This document shows, piece by piece, positions 39,320 to 48,785 of a stretch of DNA of 64,000 nucleotides. The stretch's first letter is position 1. Each line of letters starts with the position of its first letter. The notes beneath the pieces were generated by a model. The model was not told where the DNA came from and did not search any database. It was given only the letters and a program-made list of their open reading frames with translations. Made by a program: the position numbers and the translations under genes. Origin of the DNA: Prorocentrum cordatum (taxonomy: Eukaryota); NCBI GenBank assembly GCA_963575745.1, contig CAUYUJ010000113.1, forward strand, positions 1 through 64,000. The letters run 5' to 3'.

Positions 39320-40110
39320 TGTCGGCGTGGGAGAGACGGCCGAGCGCTGGAGCCACGCGGCTGGCGTTGGCGGTCTTTCTCGACAAGCCATCAGGGGGCG
39401 TTCGCCCCATAGGGCTGCTTCCTCTGTTTGCCTGAGTTTGACGCACAATCCGTCGTGGGCTGCGCTCTCGACGGGAGCGGGCGGTGGACTCGGTTTTTCT
39501 GGGGGATGTGTTCCAGCGCGGCCTGCGATAAGAGTCCATGGGCCCACGGCGCCTTGGCAGCGTTCGCTCGAGTGTCCCCAGGATTGGAAACGGCACCTCC
39601 TTTTTTGACCCCTGGAAGTTTTATGGGCACATGTCCCATAGGGAGTTGCTCGATGCGGCTCGACACGCTGATTTTCCTTTGCCTTTGCCCCGTGCTTGCG
39701 GCGCATTGCGTCGAGCGCCTCGTAGAGAGACGCGGCAAGGAGCGATCGCTCGCGCCATCTATCCGAATGGGACCTTATAGCTGCGTGCGTTGGAGCGACC
39801 ACGCTGGCGCGGCTCCTCCTTTTGGCGAGCGGGCGCAGCGCAGCCGCGCCCGGCCCAACTCTTTGGGTCCAGCGTTTGCTCGATGATGTTTCGAGGCGTG
39901 CCGTCGGCGGGGTACAAGTCGCCCGCTGGGATATCAGTCGGACAGCTCAGTCTCTAGTTTCGGATTTGACTGCCATGGACTTGCCCATCGCTTGGAATAA
40001 AGTTGGCCTTTCAGCTTCTTCGAAGGGGCTGGCGGATAGTCAGACAGTTCGATTGGTCAAAGGCATGCTGGTGCCGTGTAGGCGACTGGTCAAGTTTGTG
40101 ACTGGGTCCG
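39320..40110 (+). pseudogene. Degenerate LINE reverse transcriptase
   Basis: FLDKPSGGVRPIGLLPLFA*V*RTIRR (domain 1, about 39376-39456), TPGSFMGT (domain-4-like), QRLLDDVS...LPIAWNKVGLSAS (domains 5-6). Confidence 0.7.
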
Positions 40111-40758
40111 AGGTTTTTTACTCGGAGGATGGGCGTTTTGACAAAGTTTGGGCCCAGGGGCTCACTCTGGTGTCGCTGTCGCTCGAGGGGGATCCTGTTT
40201 TTATTGGGCTTTTGGAGGGTGGAGGCTGCTGCTGCTGCTGCTGCGGCCGCCTCGCCTCCCACGCCCTCCCCTCGGGACCCCCCTCGTCGCCCCTCCCGAG
40301 CCCTCCGGGGCCCTCGGTCCCGAGCTCTCGAAGAAGCGGGCCTTTCTAAAATCCATGCGTCCCAACCGCTCCCAAAGGCTGGACACCTGGCGATCTCCTG
40401 GTGCTTGGGCGTGGGAGCTTTCTTCGGGGTCCTTTGTCGAGCCAGGGGCCCAGCCTGGGGGTGCGGGGAGTGCTTCAGCTCCGGCTTTGCACGCTGGGTG
40501 CCGTTGGTGCCTAGCCGACCGTCTCCAGGCGTTCGGGGTGAACGAAACGGAGGCGGATCGCTTCGCTGACAAGCTCCATGTCAAACTTAAGAGGTGAGCC
40601 CCTCGACGAGGACGACGGTGAAGTTTTTTTTCTAGGGGGGGGGGGGCCGTCGCTGGCCCTCGGCGCGCTGCCTATGCCGAGCCGCGCCGGGGTGATAAAA
40701 AGGCCCTCTCGGATGGGCGGCGCCCCCTGGGGTTTTGGCCTGATACGTCTGGACTCAA

Positions 40759-40789
<31 letters not shown>

Positions 40790-41014
40790 CCTCCCTTACT
40801 GCACAATAGTCAGAGCCAGAACTCAACGCTTGTCCTCGTCACCGTCCTCTCCCTCGATGCTGCGCGCGCTGGCTTCCCTGGTATTTTCGGCCCAGGCAGA
40901 AGAGTTCGGACGCACCCCAGGTTGTGCTCACAGGTGTGCTCCGAGGCGACCGCGAATTTCGCGCTCCGATTCCAGAGAAACGATCCGATCAGTTTCTAAG
41001 CAGCAGACTCTCTC
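40759..41014 (+). repeat. 5' pseudo-LTR of the Penelope-like element
   Basis: Nearly identical to 45712-45970 (about 6 substitutions and one 6-bp indel by eye); starts and ends in CT repeats. Confidence 0.95.
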
Positions 41015-41193
41015 GTGACACGTTCAGAGCCGGCATCGTCGCGGTGCAACGGGTGTTCGTGGTTCGTCCGTGCTGTTGTCCTTCGCGGGTGCGGCACGAT
41101 TCATATCATTTCAGATTCCAGGCGTGCAGTGTTTTTTCTTCCTTTTCCTTTACTCCAACGCCTTCTTCTGCTTCGACGTACACGTATCAATTG

Positions 41194-44100
41194 ATGTGGC
41201 GGATATGGCTAGTATATGGCTTCCGGCGGTGGTTTGCAGCAGGTTCTGACTACTCGGCGACGTGGCCCTCAGCCTCGACTTCCGCGCAGACGGCTAGCCA
41301 GGCCCACGTTTTCTGCGACGCGATTTTCGAGACGGGTGCGACGGGCACCCAGGAAGAACGTGCAAAGCTATTATCTGACTGGGCATGGGAGTCGGTCCTA
41401 ACATTGTCGACAATACCTGTCACCGTAGCTCTTCAAAGGATCCTTCCACGTATTGATGGCCGTGCACCACCACCACGACGATTGCAGGGACAGTGGCTTC
41501 ACTTTGCAGTGGCAAACCTGTTGATGGTGTCAGCAGTTGTGCGCATGAGGAGGGCAATGCAGGAGGCACGGCCCCCAAAGTGGTTTCATCGTGTTTGTCC
41601 GCTTCTTCCTCCAGAGTGGCATCGGGCGATTCGTGGCACAGACGAGAGTGTTTTCTTCTTTGCTCGGCAGGCGTGCTTTGGTCCAGTCGGCCCTTACCAG
41701 GCCGTGGTTTACATACTCGGCAGCTATTCAGCCCTGTACTTTGGAAAGGCAAATCTTCAAAGAGCAACTCGTTCAGGTGTCGGCCCTCGGATCGGTGAGC
41801 ATCTTCGCTGGCTGTTTATGGAAGGCCCGTCGTCGGCAATACGACCGAGATACCGTTGCTTCCCGAGGAGTTTGGGTTCCCTTTTCTATATCCCAGTGTT
41901 ATTTTTATCATCAAGTTCAGCAGCGCTGCGCTTCGAGAGCCTGGGAATCCGCACGATAACTCCATCAGCTAATCAAGCAGATAGGTGCGAAGCAACATCG
42001 ACTGCCTCGCGACGCGGGCATGGTCTCGTGCTGGCAGGACGTCGTGCGAAGCAACGCTTTCGCCCCCCTTCCTGGCGTCGCAGGCGTCCGTCTACAATCC
42101 GGCGGTCCCCGTTTACGAGTGCATTTCCTCAAGTTCCAAGCCTTCGGAGACGGCGTGAAGTTCATGGCGAACTACCAGGGGTGCTGTCAGAGTCTGGCCC
42201 GTTCAGTACGTTGTACCGCCGGCAACTGCGTGGAAGGTTCGCCGAGTCTGGACAAATTGGACCACTATTTCTATATGAGCCGTACCGGGTTGCTTTACTT
42301 CTTGCGTGGGTGTCAGTCCGCCGTGCATCGACGCATCTCCCATCATGGCCTAAGGCAGCTCTTGCAGATATGTTATTCCGTGCAGCAAGACTCGCACCGG
42401 CTTTAATGGAATCTTGGCCTCGTGTTCATGCTGCGCATGTTGGCCTTGACCGGTTATTGCGAACAGTGCAGCTACCAACTCTTCAGGTACCAGTTATCCA
42501 TGTTCCCCGTGCTTTTTGACATGCGAAGTACAAGGGCGACCTCCGGCGATGCAAAGAGCTGATTATTTCACACATTCGCATCGACTGCATTCGTCATTGG
42601 TACCAACGTAAGCTCAAAATCTCCTTCAAGAAACAACCTATTTGGAAAGATCGACTGTCTGCGCCCCGGTTTCTTCGTGAAACCCGTATGCGAGATCTCC
42701 CGCCAGTACAACCAGAACGGCCCCTTCTGCCGCCGCTGGAGTTGCGACGATTGCATGGAGTATGGCGGCTGCCAGTCTGGGACCATCCACGTACGTTGTT
42801 TGGACAGCTTCGGGTGGCTGCGAACTCCTGGGCAGGTAAGGCAAGAATTCACAGCAGAGTCCTGAAACCTACCCTCCGTGGCCTACGCCAACGACGGCAA
42901 CGCCCTGAACTACCAGAAGAAACCGCACCGAAGCCATGGGAAGATATGGACAACATCTTGCGATTGGAGTCGTATATTTCGCCGCACAATGTGATCATAG
43001 GTAGTGACAAAGACAAAGACCGAGCATGGACAAGAAATGGTATAGATTTGGCACGATACATGGTGGAAGCTATTCTTCGCGACCCTTCTTGGAAACGTCG
43101 GGGCGACATCTCAGAGCAGGACGTTCGCACTTGGCTGTGGGCACGTGCAGAACTTGGCTTACCAGTGTGGCTTCGAGGACGACGGCAACTCCCAAGAGAG
43201 TCCACTTCAACGCGATGCCCGTCGGTCTTCCCCTTGGTTAAGGAAAAGTGCATTAGCGACACAGGGGTCCAGCTTTGCCGGAAGTTCAACCACTCGTGCC
43301 TCCGGCGAGTAGTAGATACGAGTGGCTCGCCGGGGTCGGCGGGCTTCAAGGTAATTGGCAGAGCGGCGAGAGGTATGATCAGTTTCGCGAATGTCGGCTT
43401 TGAGATTTTTGACGTCGGCCAGGCGGTTCGTACATTGGAACAGATACGGAGTGAACTACCACAGGAACGTCAACCTTTCTGCGTGCGCTGTGGGGCGGAG
43501 CTTCCGTGCGTGTCAGTTGCGACAGGCGATGCCGACCAGGCGTACGAGCAGTGCACAGCCGCTCGTGTTTCCTCGGCGCCGGGGTCTCTGCGTCCTCGGA
43601 TGGTCGCTTCAATACCATCTATGGCTGTCTTGGTTAAAAAATCACGTGTTGTCAGTGTCCGTTTGGCAGGCTCGGAGTGTCTTACAGGCTGGTATCGCAT
43701 TTCTTTCGAAGTCATCCGGCAGGCTATGGCTGCGTTCTGTTGGATCTCGATTGTTGTCGTTGCGGGGCAGGTCTTTGAGCTCGGGGGACTCCCCATCGGG
43801 GGCGCACTGAGCGGAGTTGCGCTGAGCATCCTGTTAGCTTCCCAGGAGGAGGATTCGAAGTCAGATATGGAGAAGTTTGTCCAGAAGGTTTCCCTGCTTC
43901 TGCGCGCCCTGCTTCCTCGTCAGCCTCCTCGACGGCTCCGGCGCCGAGTGGCTTTCCGATACGTTCGAAGCGATTCGTGGACGATGTGATCAGCATCAGT
44001 ACGAGTTATTGTCGTTCATGTACATCGCGATTCCAAACGCACCAGTGCGATGAAAAAAAATATCCCCGGCCTGCGATCTGGAAGACCCGACGTCCCCAGT

Positions 44101-45202
44101 GGTTTGGCTAGACTTGGGAATCTGGGCGATTGATAACATGCTGGTCTACCTGCCAAAAAACCCGAACAGAAAATGGTTATTCGAAGCATCGGCGGAGCGA
44201 CCCACTTCGACGGTTCTTCCCTGGGCGGGGGCACTGGTTCGTGATTTTGGGCATCTCTTCAGCTTGTATGCGAGCCGATTGGCCAGGGCTCGGGCGATGA
44301 GACTTCCGGCGCCGATTGAGATCTTCTGGATTTTGGAATTGTTGTACGAGATGTGGCTTCTCGGCTACCCTCGGTCACTTCTGCGTGCGCTGCTTTTCTC
44401 ACTGCCTCCTAGCGCTGTGGCTCAAGGAGTCCGTTTTCACTTTCGACGGTGGCGCACCCTCCTGAAGTTTGAAGACATGGTTGGGCGTGGGCGCGATGGC
44501 CGCCACGACCGTCGCTCTGACGACCGCCGAGGCCCCCCTCCACGCAGAGACCATGGAGACGACCGGTTCTACGGGCAATGGCGCGGGGGCCGCCCGTGCC
44601 AGCAGCAGCAGCGCTGGCAGAACTACGAGAGGCGCGGCTACGATGGTTGGGGCGGCTCTCGCAGGCGGGGCCCTTCGCCCCTGTCGCCAGGCGAGGAGCG
44701 TGAGGAGCGCGTCGCGAGGACCCGGAAGCGGCTCCAGAAGGTCGACGGCGAGTGCGCGAATTTCTTGTGCGAGAAGCAGGCCAAGGAAGACGAGGAGGCT
44801 CTCCGCAGCCAGGGGGCCGCGCTGGCGGAGGCGATGCGCTCGACGCTGGAGGGCCACCTCGAGAAAGTGACGGGCAAGATGCTGGCGATGGTTCCCCCGG
44901 CGCCTGGCTCTGGCTCGTCTGCCGGCGCCCCAGCTGGAGCAGGGGCGGCGCCGGGCGAGCTCACCCGCGCCGAGAAGGGCTGGCTTCAGTCGTTGCTTGG
45001 TGCGAAGTTCCCGATCCCAGATAACAAGGCCACGGTGAAGGACCTCGAGCCTTTCGAGGAGAAGGCGCTGGGCGACAAGCGGGTTGTTGCGCAGACCAAC
45101 CGCCTGCTCCAGGAGTCCTGCGAGATGAAGGAGATCAAGGCCTTCCCCAAGAAGGTGCGCGCCCAGAAGGTCCTGCAGATCATCAAGGGCATCCGGTCCT
45201 GA
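41194..45202 (+). pseudogene. GIY-YIG endonuclease-RT polyprotein (one in-frame TGA, two frameshifts)
   Basis: EN (41701-41975): VVYILGSYSALYFGKAN...RIGEHLR...RFESLGIRTITPSAN. RT: FPLVKEKC, TGDADQAYEQC, GGLPIGGALSG, RFVDDV (43971-43988), VWLDL; thumb MWLLGYPRSLL. The TGA at 42517-42519 is in frame with ORF 42688..43989. Frameshifts lie near 43880 and in the A8 run at 44053-44060. Confidence 0.85.
44477..45202 (+). CDS. RG/RD-rich basic N-terminus plus coiled-coil and helical domain (241 aa), in frame after the RT thumb; possibly an independent ORF
   Basis: ATG at 44477; MVGRGRDGRHDRRSDDRRG..., then EEREERVARTRKRLQK...EKQAKEDEEALR. Codon usage shifts abruptly to very high GC3. Confidence 0.6.
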   Translation: MVGRGRDGRHDRRSDDRRGPPPRRDHGDDRFYGQWRGGRPCQQQQRWQNYERRGYDGWGGSRRRGPSPLSPGEEREERVARTRKRLQKVDGECANFLCEKQAKEDEEALRSQGAALAEAMRSTLEGHLEKVTGKMLAMVPPAPGSGSSAGAPAGAGAAPGELTRAEKGWLQSLLGAKFPIPDNKATVKDLEPFEEKALGDKRVVAQTNRLLQESCEMKEIKAFPKKVRAQKVLQIIKGIRS

Positions 45203-45265
45203 GGGCCAAAAGCATTGGCCAACCCCGCAGCTGATTCTTCGAGGGGATGGGCGCAACCGCAGTGG

Positions 45266-45661
45266 ATGCAGTATATTTGCATGTGCATGCTTGCTGTGGT
45301 CGTGGCCGCGGCGTTGGCCGAGATCATGGGGATATCCAGCGGGCCGTCGGCGGATGAGTACATATATTTGGGCATGGAATATGACGCTCAGCCGGCTGCG
45401 TACAAATATTCAGATGAAGAATGTGACGCTCAGTCTGTACCGATGACCTCGTCCTCTGCGCCGTGGCATGAGAGGTATCTGGAGACAGTGCAAGCATGGT
45501 GGACGCTAAAAGTAACCCATCGTCGCGAAGCTGGCCATCTTCAATATGTTGCGGACTCTGCAGGGCTACCAATATCATTCAACGACGGGGGAAAATACCA
45601 TGTGATCCGGCAGGGGGCGTTCTCAGCACTGGGCTGGGTGATGGGAGCGATCCGGAGGTGA
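45266..45661 (+). CDS. Small putative secreted/membrane protein (131 aa) inside the Penelope-like element
   Basis: MQYICMCMLAVVVAAALA|E is a hydrophobic signal-like start; the middle is acidic and the C-terminus is GAFSALGWVMGAIRR. The ORF stops 50 bp before the 3' repeat. Confidence 0.45.
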   Translation: MQYICMCMLAVVVAAALAEIMGISSGPSADEYIYLGMEYDAQPAAYKYSDEECDAQSVPMTSSSAPWHERYLETVQAWWTLKVTHRREAGHLQYVADSAGLPISFNDGGKYHVIRQGAFSALGWVMGAIRR

Positions 45662-45711
45662 GCAGGGATTCCGTGAGTGATGCGAGGCCCTGGGCTTTGC
45701 TGAGATTGGGA

Positions 45712-45742
<31 letters not shown>

Positions 45743-45970
45743 TTCCTCCCCCCCTTACTGCGCAATATTCAGAGCCAGAACTCAACGCTTGTCCTCGTCC
45801 TCTCCCTCGATGCTGTGCGCGCTGGCTTCCCTGGCATTTTCGGCCCAGGCAGAGGAGTTCGGACGCACCCCAGGTCGTGCTCACAGGTGTGCTCCGAGGC
45901 GACCGCGAATTTCGCGCTCCGATTCCAGAGAAACGATCCGATCAGTTTCTAAGCAGCAGATTCTCTCTCT
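45712..45970 (+). repeat. 3' pseudo-LTR of the Penelope-like element
   Basis: Direct repeat of 40759-41014, followed by (CT)n. Confidence 0.95.
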
Positions 45971-46019
45971 CTCTCTCTCTCTCTTTCTCTTCCCCAGTGG
46001 CGTGCGATCCTTCTGCTTT

Positions 46020-46362
46020 TCCTCCTCCTCCTCCTCCTGCTCCTGCTCCTCCTCCTCCTCCGCCTCCTCCTCCTCCTCTTCCTCCTCCGTCTCCTCCTCC
46101 TCCTCCTCCTCCTCCCTCCTCCTCCTCCTCCTCCTCCTCCTTCTCCTCCTCCTCCATCCTCCTCCCTCTCTCCTCCTCCTCCTCTCCTCCTCCTCCTCCT
46201 CCTCCTCCTCCCCCCTCCTCCTTTCCTCCGCCTCCTCCTCCTCCTCCTCCCCCTCCTCCTCCTTCTCCTGCTCCTCCTCCTCCTCCTCCTCCTCCTCCTC
46301 CTCCTCCTCCTGCTCCTGCTCCTCCTCCTCCTCCTCCTCCTCCTCCTCCTCCTCCTCCTCCT
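46020..46362. repeat. (CCT)n microsatellite
   Basis: Directly visible. Confidence 0.95.
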
Positions 46363-47562
46363 GCTAGGTGCACGGAGCTTGGTGAGCTGCAGTCATCAGC
46401 CGACCTAGCATCGCGATTGTACAACTCTGCGGTGCTTACTTGCACGTCATATGTGGCACAGTTCTTTCCGGTCGATAAGGCTTTGAACGATCGTGAGCTT
46501 TGGGGTCTCCACAAGGCCCTCCACCTCCCTCCGAACTCGTTCTCTCGCTCCGAGTTCCTCTCTTTGGCCAATTGGTCTCCTTCCCCTACCCCCACCTCTC
46601 TACTCACGAATGCCATGGCGTGCGCATGGAGGTGCGCGTCCGTTACGCTGGACACGATTTGGGGGCCGCTGTATCGACGATTGGAGGTCGCCGCTCAGGA
46701 GTCTCTGAGCCTTCCCGCTCTCAGCAGTGGCACGTGGTGTGCACCGTGCTGGGCCCGCAAGCAGGCCATTGTGCAATATTATCACGAGCTTGCGTCCGCC
46801 GCGCCAGCATCGAATCCTCCCCTTACCTCAACGCACCTCCGTGTTGCCCAACAGCGGGCGCGCGGTGCCCTGCGCGCTGCGTTCGCACTGAATCGTCGAC
46901 CGCGGATGCAGGGAGTGTATCAGCGCTCCCTTGCCGGCGACGCTTATCCTGACCAGTTGCAGTTGCTAATTGGTCGGCGATTGCGCGCATGGTTTTCTTG
47001 TCCGACCCCCATCCGGCTCAGGGAGCGGTGGGATTTGGTGCGGGACATCTTGAGCCGGGCTCCACCCATGGTGCGATGGCCGTACCTCAAAACGATTGCG
47101 GGGGGATGGACGACCACTCATCGCTTGCACGTCACGGACATCAAGTGGAGCTGCATTATCGGGTGCCCTCAACCCGATCGCATTGCACACTATTTGACGT
47201 GCCCCCGCCTCACCCATCTCGTTTGTCGTCCTCGAGCTGTCGTCTCGTCGTGCCCACTCCTCCGCCTCGGGCTTGGCCTTCCTGTGCAATATCCCGCGTG
47301 TGACCTCACCCGGGAAAATGCCATTTTAGCTACTGCCCTCAGCTTCTATATATACCACGTGGCCAAAGATATGGCCTCTCATCAAGACGGGCGCCCTTTA
47401 ACTCTGCCCCAACAGCTAGATGCCCTCCAAGCGGCGCTAGCAAAGATGCCCAACAATTACTCGATTCTTCCGCCGCCGCCTGGATCGGCTAAGCCTTACC
47501 CCTGGCTGAAGCCCACGAGGCGCTGAGTGCCGTGAGACCCGTGGACTCGTGGGGTACTGGCG
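46363..47562 (+). mobile_element. 5'-truncated LINE (post-RT region and C-terminal Cys/His knuckle), open frame to 47526
   Basis: RLYNSAVLTCTSYVAQF...LKTIAGGWTTTHRLH...CIIGCPQPDRIAHYLTCPRL; flanked on both sides by (CCT)n. Confidence 0.85.
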
Positions 47563-47803
47563 CTCCTCCTCCTCCTCCTTCTCCTCCTCCTCCTCCTCCT
47601 CCTCCTCCTCCCTACATCTCCTCCTCCTGCCCCTCCACCTCCCCTGCTTTCTCATTTTCTTGTAGTGGCCTCCGGCCAGTGCCGCCGATCCCGGGCGCTC
47701 CGGATGCGTGTGGGAAAAGACGATGACGACGACAACAGACGACCAACCGTCGACGAGCGGGATACTTACTACGACGACTGACGAACGGGTTAACGACGAC
47801 GAT

Positions 47804-47836
<33 letters not shown>

Positions 47837-47902
47837 TTATGACGCCAGCGCGGAGGAGGAGGAGGAGGAGGAGGAGGAGGAGGAAGATGAGGAAGAGGAG
47901 GA

Positions 47903-48002
47903 NNNNNNNNNNNNNNNNNNNNNNNNNNNNNNNNNNNNNNNNNNNNNNNNNNNNNNNNNNNNNNNNNNNNNNNNNNNNNNNNNNNNNNNNNNNNNNNNNN
48001 NN
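47903..48002. other. Assembly gap (100 N) within (GAG)n/(CCT)n tracts
   Basis: Run of n; repeat polarity flips across the gap. Confidence 1.
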
Positions 48003-48785
48003 CTCCTCCTCCTCCTCCTCCTCCTCCGTCTCCTCCTTATGCTCCTCTTCCTCCTCGTCCTCCTCATTCTCGCCCTCCTCTTCCTCCAACTCCTCATCAT
48101 CCTCATAGTATCCCTCCTCCTTATCCTCCTCGACATCCTGCTCCTCCTCATCCTCCTGTTCCTCCTCCGCCGCCATCTCCGCCTCTCCCTGCTTTTAGTT
48201 ATCATCCTCCTACTGCTCCTCCTGCTCCTCCTGCTTACGCTCCTCCTCCTCCTCCTCCTCCTCCTCCTCTGCTCCTCCCCCTCATCCTCCTACTCCTGCT
48301 CTTCCTCCTTCTCCTCCCACTCCTTCTGCTCCTCTTCCTCCTCCTCCTCTTCCTTCTCATCATCTTTCTCCTCCTTCTCCCCATCCTCCTCTTTTTCCGC
48401 CTTCTCCTCCCCCTCCTCCGCATCCTCCTCTTGTTCCGCTTCCTCCGCCTCTTCCTCCTCCTACTCCTCTTCCTCCTCCGCCTCATCCTCCTCATCCTGC
48501 TACTCCTTCTTCTCTCCCGTGACCTCCTCCACCTCCTTTTCCTCCTGCGCCTCCTCCTTCTCCGCCTCCTCCCCCTTTCCTGCCTCCTCCTCCTCCGCCT
48601 CCGCCTCCTGTTCTTACACCTCCTCCTGCTCATCCTCCTTCTCCTCCTCATTTCCCTCCTCCTCCTCCTCGTCGTCCTCCTCCTGATGTTCCTCCTCCTC
48701 CTGATGCTCCTCCTCCTCCTCCTCCTCCTCCTCCTCTTCCCCTCCTCCTGCTGCTCCTCCTCCTCCTCCTCCTCCTCCTCCTCCG
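48003..48785. repeat. Degenerate (CCT)n low-complexity tract
   Basis: Directly visible. Confidence 0.95.

Larger units (their letters stand above)
40759..45990 (+). mobile_element. Penelope-like retroelement with N-terminal GIY-YIG endonuclease (Naiad/Chlamys-type domain order), direct terminal repeats and accessory ORFs
   Basis: About 250-bp direct repeats at both ends; GIY-YIG, then RT and thumb motifs; bounded by (CT)n. Confidence 0.85.

Noticed and set aside
40759..45990. Interpretation as an LTR retrotransposon
   Set aside because: The repeats lack TG..CA ends, PBS/PPT and TSD, and there is no protease or integrase; the GIY-YIG and RT motifs are Penelope-type.
45496..46362. N-terminal half of the 676-aa ORF
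   Set aside because: Chance read-through across the pseudo-LTR and the (CCT)n tract; only 46363-47526 is real LINE coding sequence.
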